64,000 nucleotides of DNA. It comes from an uncultured Thermoleophilaceae bacterium. GTDB taxonomy: Bacteria; Actinomycetota; Thermoleophilia; Solirubrobacterales; Thermoleophilaceae. Below the pieces are notes generated by a model. The model was not told the origin of the DNA. It ran no database searches and worked only from the letters and a program-made list of their open reading frames with translations. The position numbers were made by a program, and so were the translations under genes. Location of the stretch: positions 6,396 to 70,395 of the forward strand of contig CAWFZK010000046.1 of NCBI GenBank assembly GCA_963820315.1, given 5' to 3'. Positions 18,526 through 27,006 of the stretch are shown in pieces (position 1 is the first letter of the stretch; each line of letters begins with the position of its first letter).

Positions 18526-19341
18526 ATGGACGCGAAACTCGACGTCGGCCGCGTGTTCGAGCAGATCTTCCGGATCTACCGGCAGCAGTTCGGGCTGCTG
18601 ATCGGGGGTGCGCTCGCGATATACGTGCCCGTGGCCATCGTCAACGGCCTGCTGTACGACTCAGGTGGCTTCTTCCTCACCCTGATCGCGAACGCGATCG
18701 CCCTGGTGGCGAGCTACCTGTACCAGGGCATGGTCGTCGAGGCCGCGCGCGACATCCTCGACGGGCGCCGCGACCAGTCGATCGGCGGGCTCTTCAGGAG
18801 CGCCGGAGCCGTGGTCGGCACGCTGATCGCCGTCGGCATCCTCGCCGGTATCGCGATCGCGATCGGCTTCGTGCTGCTCATCATCCCGGGCCTCTTCCTG
18901 ATCACGATCTGGGCGGTGATCGTGCCCGTGGTCGTGATCGAGCGGAGCGGCGTCCTCGAGGCGTTCGGGCGCAGCCGCGAGCTCGTGAAGGGAAGCGGCT
19001 GGCAGGTCTTCGGCGTCCTCGTGCTGCTCTTCCTCGCCGTCATCGTCGTCCAGGTGCTGATCGCCGCCATCCTCGGCGGCATCTTCGACTCGATCTTCGG
19101 GTTCGCGATCGGCATCCTGATCACCAGCCTCTTGCTGGCGCCGCTCACCGCGCTGGCCGCCTCGGTCATCTACTTCGAGCTGAAGGCGATCAAGGGCGAG
19201 CCCGTCCTGGCGACCGGCCCCGGTGGCGCGCCGACCGAGCCGGTAGCGCCCGCTCCCGGCGCGGCGGCCCCGGCCACACCGGAGCGCCCCGCCACGCCGG
19301 ACCCACCGGCGGCGGCGGAGCAGCCACCGCCGGAGCGGTAA
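18526..19341 (+). CDS. polytopic membrane protein with Pro/Ala-rich tail (DUF975-like by eye)
   Basis: ATG at 18526 inside ORF 18418-19341. Several TM helices. C-terminal tail PTEPVAPAPGAAAPATPERPATPDPPAAAEQPPPER. Confidence 0.65.
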   Translation: MDAKLDVGRVFEQIFRIYRQQFGLLIGGALAIYVPVAIVNGLLYDSGGFFLTLIANAIALVASYLYQGMVVEAARDILDGRRDQSIGGLFRSAGAVVGTLIAVGILAGIAIAIGFVLLIIPGLFLITIWAVIVPVVVIERSGVLEAFGRSRELVKGSGWQVFGVLVLLFLAVIVVQVLIAAILGGIFDSIFGFAIGILITSLLLAPLTALAASVIYFELKAIKGEPVLATGPGGAPTEPVAPAPGAAAPATPERPATPDPPAAAEQPPPER

Positions 19342-19346
19342 TCCCC

Positions 19347-19396
19347 ACTGATTGAACGATTCGTGGGGCTACAGCCCCGCGAACTCTTCAATCAGT
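19347..19396. terminator. nested inverted repeats between convergent genes (bidirectional terminator candidate)
   Basis: Outer 10-bp perfect IR ACTGATTGAA (19347-56) / TTCAATCAGT (19387-96). Inner hairpin GGGGC-TACA-GCCCC (19365-78). The outer arm overlaps the stop of the minus-strand gene. Confidence 0.5.
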
Positions 19397-20099
19397 GTTG
19401 GGCGATGGCCCGAGCCTCCGCCACGAAGCGCGCGGCCAGCTCGCGCCCGAGCTCGTTCTGCGCACCGATCCGCCTGGCGGTCTCGGCGCGAAGCACCTCC
19501 GGGTCGAGGCCCGTGGCCGCCGCCTCGTAGTCGTCGTAGAACTCGTCGATCCACGAATCGGCGTCGGCCCCGGTGACCTCGGCGTGGAACTGCAACCCCC
19601 ACGCCGGCCGCTCCGCCAGTCGGAAGACCTGCAGGCACGCCGGGTTGCGCGCCAGGGCGGTCGCGCCGGGCGGCAGCGGCGACTCATAGGAGTGCCACTG
19701 CAGCACCTCGAACTCCGGCGCGAGCGGTCCGACGAGCGGATCGTCCCGGCCCTCCTCGGTGACCTGGACGGGGAACCAGCCGATCTCGGGAGTGGCGGCG
19801 TGGTGCGGACGGGCCCCCGCGACCTCGGCGAGAAGCTGGGCGCCCAGGCAGACACCGAGCAGCGGCGTGCCCCGTTCGAGCGCGTCCCGCAGCAGCGCCT
19901 TCTCGGCCCGAAGCCACGGATGCTTCTCCTCGTGGTCGACGTGCATCGAGCCGCCGAACGCCATCACCGCGTCGAACCCGTCGAGCTCGGGCGCCGCGCC
20001 GTTCTTGGGCGGCATCCATTCGACCCACTCGACGCCGGGAACCTCGCCGAAGACGCCGGCGCCGGCGTTGTCGTGGATGACGATCGAGAGGACCCTCAT
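19392..20099 (-). CDS. class I glutamine amidotransferase-like protein
   Basis: 235 aa. The LLGVCLGAQLLA nucleophile-elbow Cys and WGLQFHAE His region are typical of GATase1. Confidence 0.85.
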   Translation of the reverse strand: MRVLSIVIHDNAGAGVFGEVPGVEWVEWMPPKNGAAPELDGFDAVMAFGGSMHVDHEEKHPWLRAEKALLRDALERGTPLLGVCLGAQLLAEVAGARPHHAATPEIGWFPVQVTEEGRDDPLVGPLAPEFEVLQWHSYESPLPPGATALARNPACLQVFRLAERPAWGLQFHAEVTGADADSWIDEFYDDYEAAATGLDPEVLRAETARRIGAQNELGRELAARFVAEARAIAQH

Positions 20100-20848
20100 T
20101 CGGGCGTGAGGTAGGCGGCGGACAGGCCGCCGTCGACCATGAAGGTGGTGGCGTTGACGTAGGTCGACTCGTCGCTCGCCAGGAAGAGCGCGCCGTTCGC
20201 GATCTCGCGCGGCTCCGCGAACCGGCCCGGCGGCAGGTGGACGTAGCGGCGCTGCGCCTTCGCCGGATCCTTCGCGAACAGCTCCTGCAGTAGTGGCGTG
20301 TTGACCGGCCCAGGGCAGAGCGCGTTGACGCGCACGCCCTGGCGCGCGAACTCGACCCCCAGCTCCCGTGACATCGCGAGCACGCCGCCCTTCGACGCGG
20401 TGTAGGAGATCTGCGACACGGCTGCGCCCATCACCGCGACGAACGAGGCGGTGTTGATCACCGAGCCGCCGCCGCCGTCGATCAGGTGCGGGATCCCGTA
20501 CTTGCAGCAGTAGAAGACCGAGGCGAGGTTGACGTCCTGGACGCGCCGCCAGGCCTCGTAGTCCGTGTCGAGGATCGAGCGGTCGTCCTCGGGCGAGATG
20601 CCGGCGTTGTTGAAGAGGACGTCGATGCGACCGAGCTCATCGCGCACGCGGGTGTAGAGGGCGCGCACCTGCTCCTCGTCGGTGACGTCCGCCTGGATCG
20701 CCAGGTCGCCCGCGGCATCGGGGCTCAGGTCGACGCCGACTACGCGCGCGCCCTCCGACATGAACAGCTCAGCCGACTCGCGGCCGATGCCGCTCGCCGT
20801 GCCGGTGATGACGCATACCTTCCCCTCGAGCCTTCCGGCCACCCTCAC
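20096..20848 (-). CDS. SDR family oxidoreductase
   Basis: 250 aa. TGTASGIGRE cofactor motif, NNAG, and YTASKGG catalytic Y-x3-K. GTGA and ATGA overlaps with neighbours. Confidence 0.9.
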   Translation of the reverse strand: MRVAGRLEGKVCVITGTASGIGRESAELFMSEGARVVGVDLSPDAAGDLAIQADVTDEEQVRALYTRVRDELGRIDVLFNNAGISPEDDRSILDTDYEAWRRVQDVNLASVFYCCKYGIPHLIDGGGGSVINTASFVAVMGAAVSQISYTASKGGVLAMSRELGVEFARQGVRVNALCPGPVNTPLLQELFAKDPAKAQRRYVHLPPGRFAEPREIANGALFLASDESTYVNATTFMVDGGLSAAYLTPE

Positions 20849-22224
20849 TCCCCCGTCGCGTAGTAGACGTTCTTGACCTCGGTGTAGTGCTCGAGCGCGT
20901 GCGGCCCGAGCTCGCGGCCGAAGCCGGACTGCTTGAAGCCGCCGAACGGGGTCGAGACTCGCACCGACGTGTTCGAGTTGATCGAGATGACACCGGTGTC
21001 GATCGCCCGCGCCACGCGCAGGGCCTTGGCGCCGTCACGCGTCCAGATCGAGCCGGAGAGCCCGTAGATCGTGTCGTTGGCGAGCCGGATCGCCTCCCGC
21101 TCGTCGCGGAACGGGATCACGCACGCGACCGGCCCGAAGATCTCCTCGCGCGCGGCGCGGTCGTCGTTCGACACCGGGGCGAGCACGGTCGGCGCAAACC
21201 AGAAGCCCTTGCCCTCCGGCGCGCTGCCGCGGATCGCGACGGGCGCGTCGTCGCCGACGAACGAGGCGACCGTGTCGCGCTGGTCCGCCGAGATCAGCGG
21301 GCCCATCTCGGTGTCGGCGTCGAGCGGGTCACCCACGCGCACGGCCTCGACGGCCTCCTCGAGGGCGTCCATGAAGCGGTCGAGTGCCGAGGACTCGACG
21401 AGGATCCGCGAACGCGCGCAGCAGTCCTGCCCCGCGTTCCCGAAGACGGCGCCCGGCGCCGCGCGCGCCGCCCGCTCCAGGTCGGCGTCGGCGAAGATCA
21501 CGTTCGCGGACTTGCCGCCGAGCTCGAGCGTCACGCGCTTGATCGTGTCGGCCGCCAGCGCCTGGACGCGGCGGCCGACCGCCGTCGAGCCCGTGAACGC
21601 CACCTTGGCGACGTCGGGATGCTGGGTGATGCGCTCGCCGACCGTGCGCCCGGGACCGACGACCACGTTGAGGACGCCATGGGGAAGGCCGGCGTCGAGC
21701 GCGATCCGCTCGAGCTCGACCGCCGTCAGGGGGGTCAGCTCGGCGGGCTTCAGCACGACCGTGTTGCCGGCGGCGAGCGCGGGACCGAGCTTCCAGGAGG
21801 CGATGGCGAGCGGGAAGTTCCAGGGCGTGATCAGACCGACGACGCCGAGCGGCTCGCGAAAGGTCACGTCGATCCCGCCCGCCACCGGGATGCTCGAGCC
21901 GAGCAGGCGCTCCGGCGCGCCCGCGTAGTACTCGAACACGTCGGCCACCATGCCGACCTCGCCGCGCGCGTCCGAGATCGGCTTGCCGACGTTGCGCGAC
22001 TCGAGCCGAGCCAGCCCGTCGGCGCGCTCGCGCACCGCGGCGGCCAGCCGCCGGAGCAGGTTCGCGCGGTCGCCCGGGCTCACGGCCCGCCAGGCCGGGA
22101 AGGCCGCCTTCGCGCGCGCGATCGCGGTATCGGCGTCCTCAAGCGTGGCCCGTGGAAGCTCGGCCATCACCTCCTCGGTCGCGGGCTCGAGAACCTGCAC
22201 TGTCGACTCGGCGGTGACCGACAC
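20845..22224 (-). CDS. aldehyde dehydrogenase (aminobutyraldehyde/gamma-glutamyl-aminobutyraldehyde dehydrogenase-like)
   Basis: ORF 20845-22257. GTG at 22224 is preceded by GGAGGG. ITPWNFP, VTLELGGKSA and FGNAGQDCCA (catalytic Cys) motifs. Confidence 0.9.
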   Translation of the reverse strand: MSVTAESTVQVLEPATEEVMAELPRATLEDADTAIARAKAAFPAWRAVSPGDRANLLRRLAAAVRERADGLARLESRNVGKPISDARGEVGMVADVFEYYAGAPERLLGSSIPVAGGIDVTFREPLGVVGLITPWNFPLAIASWKLGPALAAGNTVVLKPAELTPLTAVELERIALDAGLPHGVLNVVVGPGRTVGERITQHPDVAKVAFTGSTAVGRRVQALAADTIKRVTLELGGKSANVIFADADLERAARAAPGAVFGNAGQDCCARSRILVESSALDRFMDALEEAVEAVRVGDPLDADTEMGPLISADQRDTVASFVGDDAPVAIRGSAPEGKGFWFAPTVLAPVSNDDRAAREEIFGPVACVIPFRDEREAIRLANDTIYGLSGSIWTRDGAKALRVARAIDTGVISINSNTSVRVSTPFGGFKQSGFGRELGPHALEHYTEVKNVYYATGE

Positions 22225-22298
22225 TGGGTACCCTCCAACCAAATGGCTTGCCCGCAAGACCTTTGCAGCGGCGCGCGTCTCGTGTCAAGGTCGCGCGG

Positions 22299-23030
22299 AT
22301 GAGCGACGACCCCGTCATCGGGATCTGCGCGGTGCGCGAGCAGGCGCGCTGGGCCTTCTGGGACCAGACCGCGCACCTCGTCGCGGACACCTACGTGGCC
22401 GCGATCCAGTCCACGGGTGCGCTCGCCGTGCTGCTGCCGGTCGACACGCGCGCCCCGGAGAGACTGCTCGACCGCATCGACGGCCTGCTCTTGATCGGCG
22501 GGGCCGATCTCGACCCGCGCAGCTACGGCCAGCAGCCCGAGCCGGGCGTCGAGGCGACCTATCCCGAGCGCGACGACTTCGAGATCGCGCTGACGCGCGC
22601 CGCCATCGAGCGCGGCATGCCCTACCTGGGCATCTGCCGCGGCATGCAGATCCTGAATGTGGCGCTCGGCGGCGACCTCGACCAGCACCTTGCGCTCGAC
22701 GACGGGACGACCCCGCACCGGCGCATCGTCGGCACCTTCGAGGGCAACGAGCAGACGATCCATCTGGAGCCGGGCTCGCTCGCAGCGCGGGCGCTCGAGG
22801 AAGAGCTGCACGAGGGCCGCTGCCATCACCACCAGGCGGTCGATCGCCTCGGGAACGGGCTCGTGGTGACCGGGCGCGCCGAGGACGGCGTGCCCGAGGC
22901 GATCGAGCTCAGCGGCGGCGGCTGGGTGCTCGGCGTGCAGTGGCACCCCGAGGCGGCTGAGAAGCGCGAGCTGTTCCAGTCGTTCGTGGCGGCCGCGCGC
23001 GAGTGGACGGCCGAGCCGGCGGTGGGCTAG
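22299..23030 (+). CDS. gamma-glutamyl-gamma-aminobutyrate hydrolase (PuuD) family peptidase C26, copy 1
   Basis: ATG at 22299 inside ORF 22248-23030. PVIGIC..., LLIGGADLDP, YLGICRGMQILNVALGG (Cys nucleophile), and HHQAV / VQWHPE. Confidence 0.85.
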   Translation: MSDDPVIGICAVREQARWAFWDQTAHLVADTYVAAIQSTGALAVLLPVDTRAPERLLDRIDGLLLIGGADLDPRSYGQQPEPGVEATYPERDDFEIALTRAAIERGMPYLGICRGMQILNVALGGDLDQHLALDDGTTPHRRIVGTFEGNEQTIHLEPGSLAARALEEELHEGRCHHHQAVDRLGNGLVVTGRAEDGVPEAIELSGGGWVLGVQWHPEAAEKRELFQSFVAAAREWTAEPAVG

Positions 23031-23053
23031 GAGGCAGCCACCGGCGGAGTCGC

Positions 23054-23220
23054 TCTCCGCCAGCCGGGTCAGGGCTGGGGAAGGGTGGCTGGACCCGCGA
23101 TTCGCCCGACATTGCTGACTTGCATGGCCTATGGGCCAACAAATCAGCAACGTTGACGCATGTCGAGCGCCTGCGGGCGCACCTCCCCCTTCCCCAGCCA
23201 ATACGCGCGACTGACCCGGC
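23054..23220. repeat. inverted pair of the 5140-type motif bracketing a ~100-nt lower-GC core (MITE/REP-like element or structured RNA)
   Basis: 23063-23085 GCCGGGTCAGGGCTGGGGAAGGG is the exact reverse complement of CCCTTCCCCAGCC (23187-99) plus CTGACCCGGC (23211-20). The right arm carries an 11-nt insertion, AATACGCGCGA. Confidence 0.55.
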
Positions 23221-23234
23221 GACCACCTGCCGAG

Positions 23235-23960
23235 TCAACGCCCCCGCCCCCGCGCCTCCTCCACCAGCGCCCCGATGACCCGGCTCCGCTCGTCCTCCTC
23301 CGGGTGCCACAGCACGCCAACGGCGAAGCGGCGGTCCGGCAGCTCAATCGCCTCAACGACCTCGTCGCCCTCGGACCAGCCGGTCGCCTCGACTCCCTCG
23401 CCGAGCTCGGCCACCCCCTGGTGGTGATGTGACATCACGTCAGCGCTGTCACTCCCCACCACGCGCGACGTGAGCGAGCCGGGGGCGATGCGCACCGAAT
23501 GGTCCGAGAAGCTGCCGGGCGTGTGGCGGTGCACCTCGGTACCGATCCGCTCGGGCAGGTGCTGCTCGATCGTGCCGCCGCTCGCCACGTTCAGCATCTG
23601 CATGCCGCGGCAGATGCCGAGCAGCGGCAGGTCGCGCTCGAGCGCCCGGTAGCCGAGCGCGAGCTCGAAGCGGTCGCGCTCGGGCCGCGTCGCTCCCGTC
23701 TCGGCGTGCGGGCGCGCCCCGTAGGAGCCGGGGTCGACGTCCGCGCCGCCCGCCAGCACGAGGCCGTCGAGCAGGTCGAGCAGCTCGTCGGGCTCCTCCG
23801 CGACGGTGTCGTCGGGCGGCAGGAGCAGCGCCAGGCCGCCGGCGCGCTGGACCGCGAGCGAATAGCTGCGCGGCACGAGGTCGCAGAGGGCTTCCCATGC
23901 GCCCCAGCGCGCGGTCTCGATCGCACTGCAGATGCCGATGACCGGTCGCTGCCCGGCCAT
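23235..23960 (-). CDS. gamma-glutamyl-gamma-aminobutyrate hydrolase (PuuD) family peptidase C26, copy 2
   Basis: 241 aa. PVIGICS..., LVLAGGADVDP, LLGICRGMQMLNVASGG, and HHQGV / VLWHPE. Starts immediately after the GS-like gene stop. Confidence 0.85.
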   Translation of the reverse strand: MAGQRPVIGICSAIETARWGAWEALCDLVPRSYSLAVQRAGGLALLLPPDDTVAEEPDELLDLLDGLVLAGGADVDPGSYGARPHAETGATRPERDRFELALGYRALERDLPLLGICRGMQMLNVASGGTIEQHLPERIGTEVHRHTPGSFSDHSVRIAPGSLTSRVVGSDSADVMSHHHQGVAELGEGVEATGWSEGDEVVEAIELPDRRFAVGVLWHPEEDERSRVIGALVEEARGRGR

Positions 23961-25286
23961 CTACAAGCGCTCGAAGCCCCGGTACTTCTCCCAGTCGGTG
24001 ACGGCGGCCTCGAAGCTCTCGAGCTCGATGTTCGCCCGGTTCAGGTAGTGGTCGACGACCTCCTGCCCGAAGGCGTCGCGCGCGACGGCCGAGTCCGCGA
24101 ACAGGTCGCGCGCGGCGTAGAGCGTGTGCGGCACGCGCGGCTTGTCGGAGTCGTAGGCGTTGCCCTCGAAGGCCGGCTCGAGCTCGAGCTGCTGGTCGAT
24201 GCCGTGCAGGCCGGCGGCGATCATCGCCGCCAGCGCGAGGTACGGGTTGACGTCCGCGCCCGGCAGCCGGTTCTCGACGCGCAGCGACTGCCCGTGGCCC
24301 ACCACCCGCATCGAGCAGGTCCGGTTGTCGTGCCCCCAGGCGACGGCCGTCGGCGCAAACGAGCCGGGCACGAAGCGCTTGTACGAGTTGACGTGCGGCG
24401 CGAAGAACAGCGTCAGCTCCTGCAGGCAGGCGAGCTGGCCGGCGACGAACTGGTTGAAGGTCGCCTCGTCGCCGGCGAACACGTTGCCGCCGTCGTTCTG
24501 CAGCGAGCAGTGGATGTGGCAGGAGTTGCCCTCGCGCTCGTCGAGCTTCGCCATGTAGGTGATCGCCATGCCCTCCTGGGCGGCGATCTCCTTGGCGCCG
24601 TTCTTGTAGATCGCGTGCGCGTCGGCGGTGGCGAGCGCCTCGTCGTAGCGGAAGTTGATCTCGTGCTGGCCGAAGTTGCACTCGCCCTTCGAGTTCTCGA
24701 CCCGCAGCCCCGCGCCCATCATCGAGTTGCGGATGCGCCGGATCAGCGGCTCCACGCGCGCTGTCCCGAGCATCGAGTAGTCGACGTTGTAGAGGTTGGC
24801 CGGGTCGAGGTCGCGGTAGCCCTTCTTCCAGGCGTCCTCATAGGTGTCGTTGAAGACGATGAACTCGAGCTCGGTCCCCGCGGTCGCCTTCCAGCCGCGC
24901 TCGGCGAGGCGCGCCAGCTGCTTGCGCAGGATCTGGCGCGGCGAGGCCACGACATCCGAGCCGTCCTCCCAGACGAGGTCCGCCATCAGCAGCGCGGTGC
25001 CCTCGTGCCAGGGCACCCGCCGCAGCGTGTCGAAGTCGGGCTTCATCACGAAGTCGCCGTAGCCGCGCTCCCAGCTCGACATCTCGTAGCCCGAGACGGT
25101 GTTCATGTCGACGTCCACGGCGAGCAGGTAGTTGCAGCCCTCGGCGTTGTGCTCCACCACCTCCTCGAAGAAGTGCGACGCCGTGAGGCGCTTGCCCTGG
25201 AGGCGTGCCTCCATGTCGGCGATGCACAGGAGGACGGTGTCGACCTCCCCCGCAGCGGTCGCTTGCCTGAGTTCTTCGAGCGTCAC
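23961..25286 (-). CDS. glutamine synthetase family protein (gamma-glutamylpolyamine synthetase PuuA/GlnA3-like)
   Basis: GTG at 25286 (GTGA overlap with the permease stop), in frame in ORF 23961-25544. GS type I-like segments: ELEFIVF, NSKGECNFGQHEINFRY, NSCHIHCSL, NSYKRF and DNRTCSMRV. Confidence 0.9.
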   Translation of the reverse strand: MTLEELRQATAAGEVDTVLLCIADMEARLQGKRLTASHFFEEVVEHNAEGCNYLLAVDVDMNTVSGYEMSSWERGYGDFVMKPDFDTLRRVPWHEGTALLMADLVWEDGSDVVASPRQILRKQLARLAERGWKATAGTELEFIVFNDTYEDAWKKGYRDLDPANLYNVDYSMLGTARVEPLIRRIRNSMMGAGLRVENSKGECNFGQHEINFRYDEALATADAHAIYKNGAKEIAAQEGMAITYMAKLDEREGNSCHIHCSLQNDGGNVFAGDEATFNQFVAGQLACLQELTLFFAPHVNSYKRFVPGSFAPTAVAWGHDNRTCSMRVVGHGQSLRVENRLPGADVNPYLALAAMIAAGLHGIDQQLELEPAFEGNAYDSDKPRVPHTLYAARDLFADSAVARDAFGQEVVDHYLNRANIELESFEAAVTDWEKYRGFERL

Positions 25287-26908
25287 TGGTTCGCGGTGAC
25301 CTCGTCCTCTTCCAGCGTGCGAACGGGACCCTGGTAGTGGTCCTTGGCGGAGACCAGGTACCAGACGCCGAAGATGAGCGGAACGACCAAGGCGAGCGGA
25401 GTGTAATTCACAAGGCTCGCGTCGAAGTCGTCGTTCCAGGGCAGGCCCGCCGGCGTGTACGGCAGGTTGAGCGCGTACACCACGAGGATCACGAAGATGA
25501 TCGCGAGCACGTTGACGATCTTGTACTTCCGGCCCAGCGTCCACGGCCCGGCCTCGAACGCGTCGCCCTTGCGCAGCCGCAGGTACACCGGGATCACGTA
25601 GGCGAGGTAGAGGCCCACGGTGCAGATGCCGGTGAGTGCGAAGAACGCGAACGGGATGTTGTTCTTGCCGAACAGGGCCGGGATCGCGATGACGAGCGAG
25701 AAGAACGAGATCGCCATCACCGCGTTGAACGGCACCCGGTCGCGGTTGACCTTGCGGAAGATCGCCCAGCCGGGCATGCCGCGGTCGCGCGAGAACGCGT
25801 ACCAGGTCCGCGACGCGCTCGTGAGGCCGGCCGCGCCGCAGAACAGCTGGCCGACGGTCGCGACGATCAGGATGAACTTGGCCGCCCAGCTGTCGAGCGC
25901 GCTCGTGAAGATCGCGCCGACGAAGCCGGCGCCGTCATTGACCGCCTGGACGTCGTTCGCCGCGAACAGGAACGCAAGCAGCACGAACCAGCCGATCAGC
26001 GCCGAGAAGAACACCGACCGCCACACGCCCTGGGCTGCCGTGATCGCGGCGCCCTTGGTCTCCTCGGCGGTGTGGGCGGAGGCGTCGTAGCCCGTCTGCG
26101 TGTACATCGCGAGCAGGAAGCCGATCGGCAGCACCAGGAACCAGAAGCCGAGGTTGGAGGTGGAGCCGTCATGCAGGCCCGAGTTGTTGATGCGCTCGCC
26201 GAAGACGAAGCTCGCGCTCTGGTGCTCGTCCGGCACGAAGACGAGCAGGCCGATGATGATCAGCACGCCGATCACGTGCCAGCCGACCGAGATGTTGTTC
26301 ATCATCGCCAGCCCGCGGTCGCCGAAGATGTTGACGACCGTGTAGAGGACGAGGATCAGGAAGAAGAGCAGCCAGGTCTCGCTCAGGATGTGCGCGCTGT
26401 CGCCGAAGTCGACGCCGAAGATGCTGACGCCGTAGAGCCCGAGCGTGGCGTTGAGGAAGGTCGCGGCGCCGTAGCCGACCGAGGCGACGATGCCGACCAG
26501 GCCGACGATGTTGAACCAGCCGGTCATCCAGCTCCAGCCCTTGCCGCCGAGGTCGTGGGCCCACCAGTAGGGACCGCCGGCCGTCGGGTAGCGCGAGGTC
26601 AGCTCTGCCATCGAGAAGGCCACCATCAGGACGAAGAAGCAGAGAACGGGCCAGCCGATCGAGGCGGCGATCGGGCCGCCGTTCTGCCAGGCGAAGGCGA
26701 ACGTCGTGAAGGTCCCGGCGAGTACCGAGATGATCGTGAACGAGATCGCGAAGTTCGTGAATCCGGACCAGGCGCGCGAGAGCTCCTGCTTGTAGCCGAG
26801 CTCCTCGAGCCGCTGCTCGTCCGTCTCCATACCCGCACCGACGGGAGCTTGCGCGCCCTCCTGCGGAGCGGTGCCCTCGACGTCTCCGCTGCCTCCGGTA
26901 GTTGCCAC
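25283..26908 (-). CDS. APC-superfamily amino acid/polyamine permease
   Basis: 541 aa with 12+ TM helices. FTNFAISFTIISVLAG... and AELTSRYPTAGGPYWW are typical of amino acid permeases. Confidence 0.9.
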   Translation of the reverse strand: MATTGGSGDVEGTAPQEGAQAPVGAGMETDEQRLEELGYKQELSRAWSGFTNFAISFTIISVLAGTFTTFAFAWQNGGPIAASIGWPVLCFFVLMVAFSMAELTSRYPTAGGPYWWAHDLGGKGWSWMTGWFNIVGLVGIVASVGYGAATFLNATLGLYGVSIFGVDFGDSAHILSETWLLFFLILVLYTVVNIFGDRGLAMMNNISVGWHVIGVLIIIGLLVFVPDEHQSASFVFGERINNSGLHDGSTSNLGFWFLVLPIGFLLAMYTQTGYDASAHTAEETKGAAITAAQGVWRSVFFSALIGWFVLLAFLFAANDVQAVNDGAGFVGAIFTSALDSWAAKFILIVATVGQLFCGAAGLTSASRTWYAFSRDRGMPGWAIFRKVNRDRVPFNAVMAISFFSLVIAIPALFGKNNIPFAFFALTGICTVGLYLAYVIPVYLRLRKGDAFEAGPWTLGRKYKIVNVLAIIFVILVVYALNLPYTPAGLPWNDDFDASLVNYTPLALVVPLIFGVWYLVSAKDHYQGPVRTLEEDEVTANQ

Positions 26909-27006
26909 GCGCAGCCTCCTCCTCCTGGGCCAGCCAAATGGTGCGAAGATCCGACCGATGCCGGTCGTGGCGCGACGTTAACCCGGGACTTCGTGCGAGT
27001 CAACAC

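Noticed and set aside
23003-23278. 91-aa ORF across the inverted-repeat element
   Set aside because: No coding-like codon bias or family is evident. It spans the repeat arms and runs into the 3' end of the convergent gene, so it is treated as non-coding.
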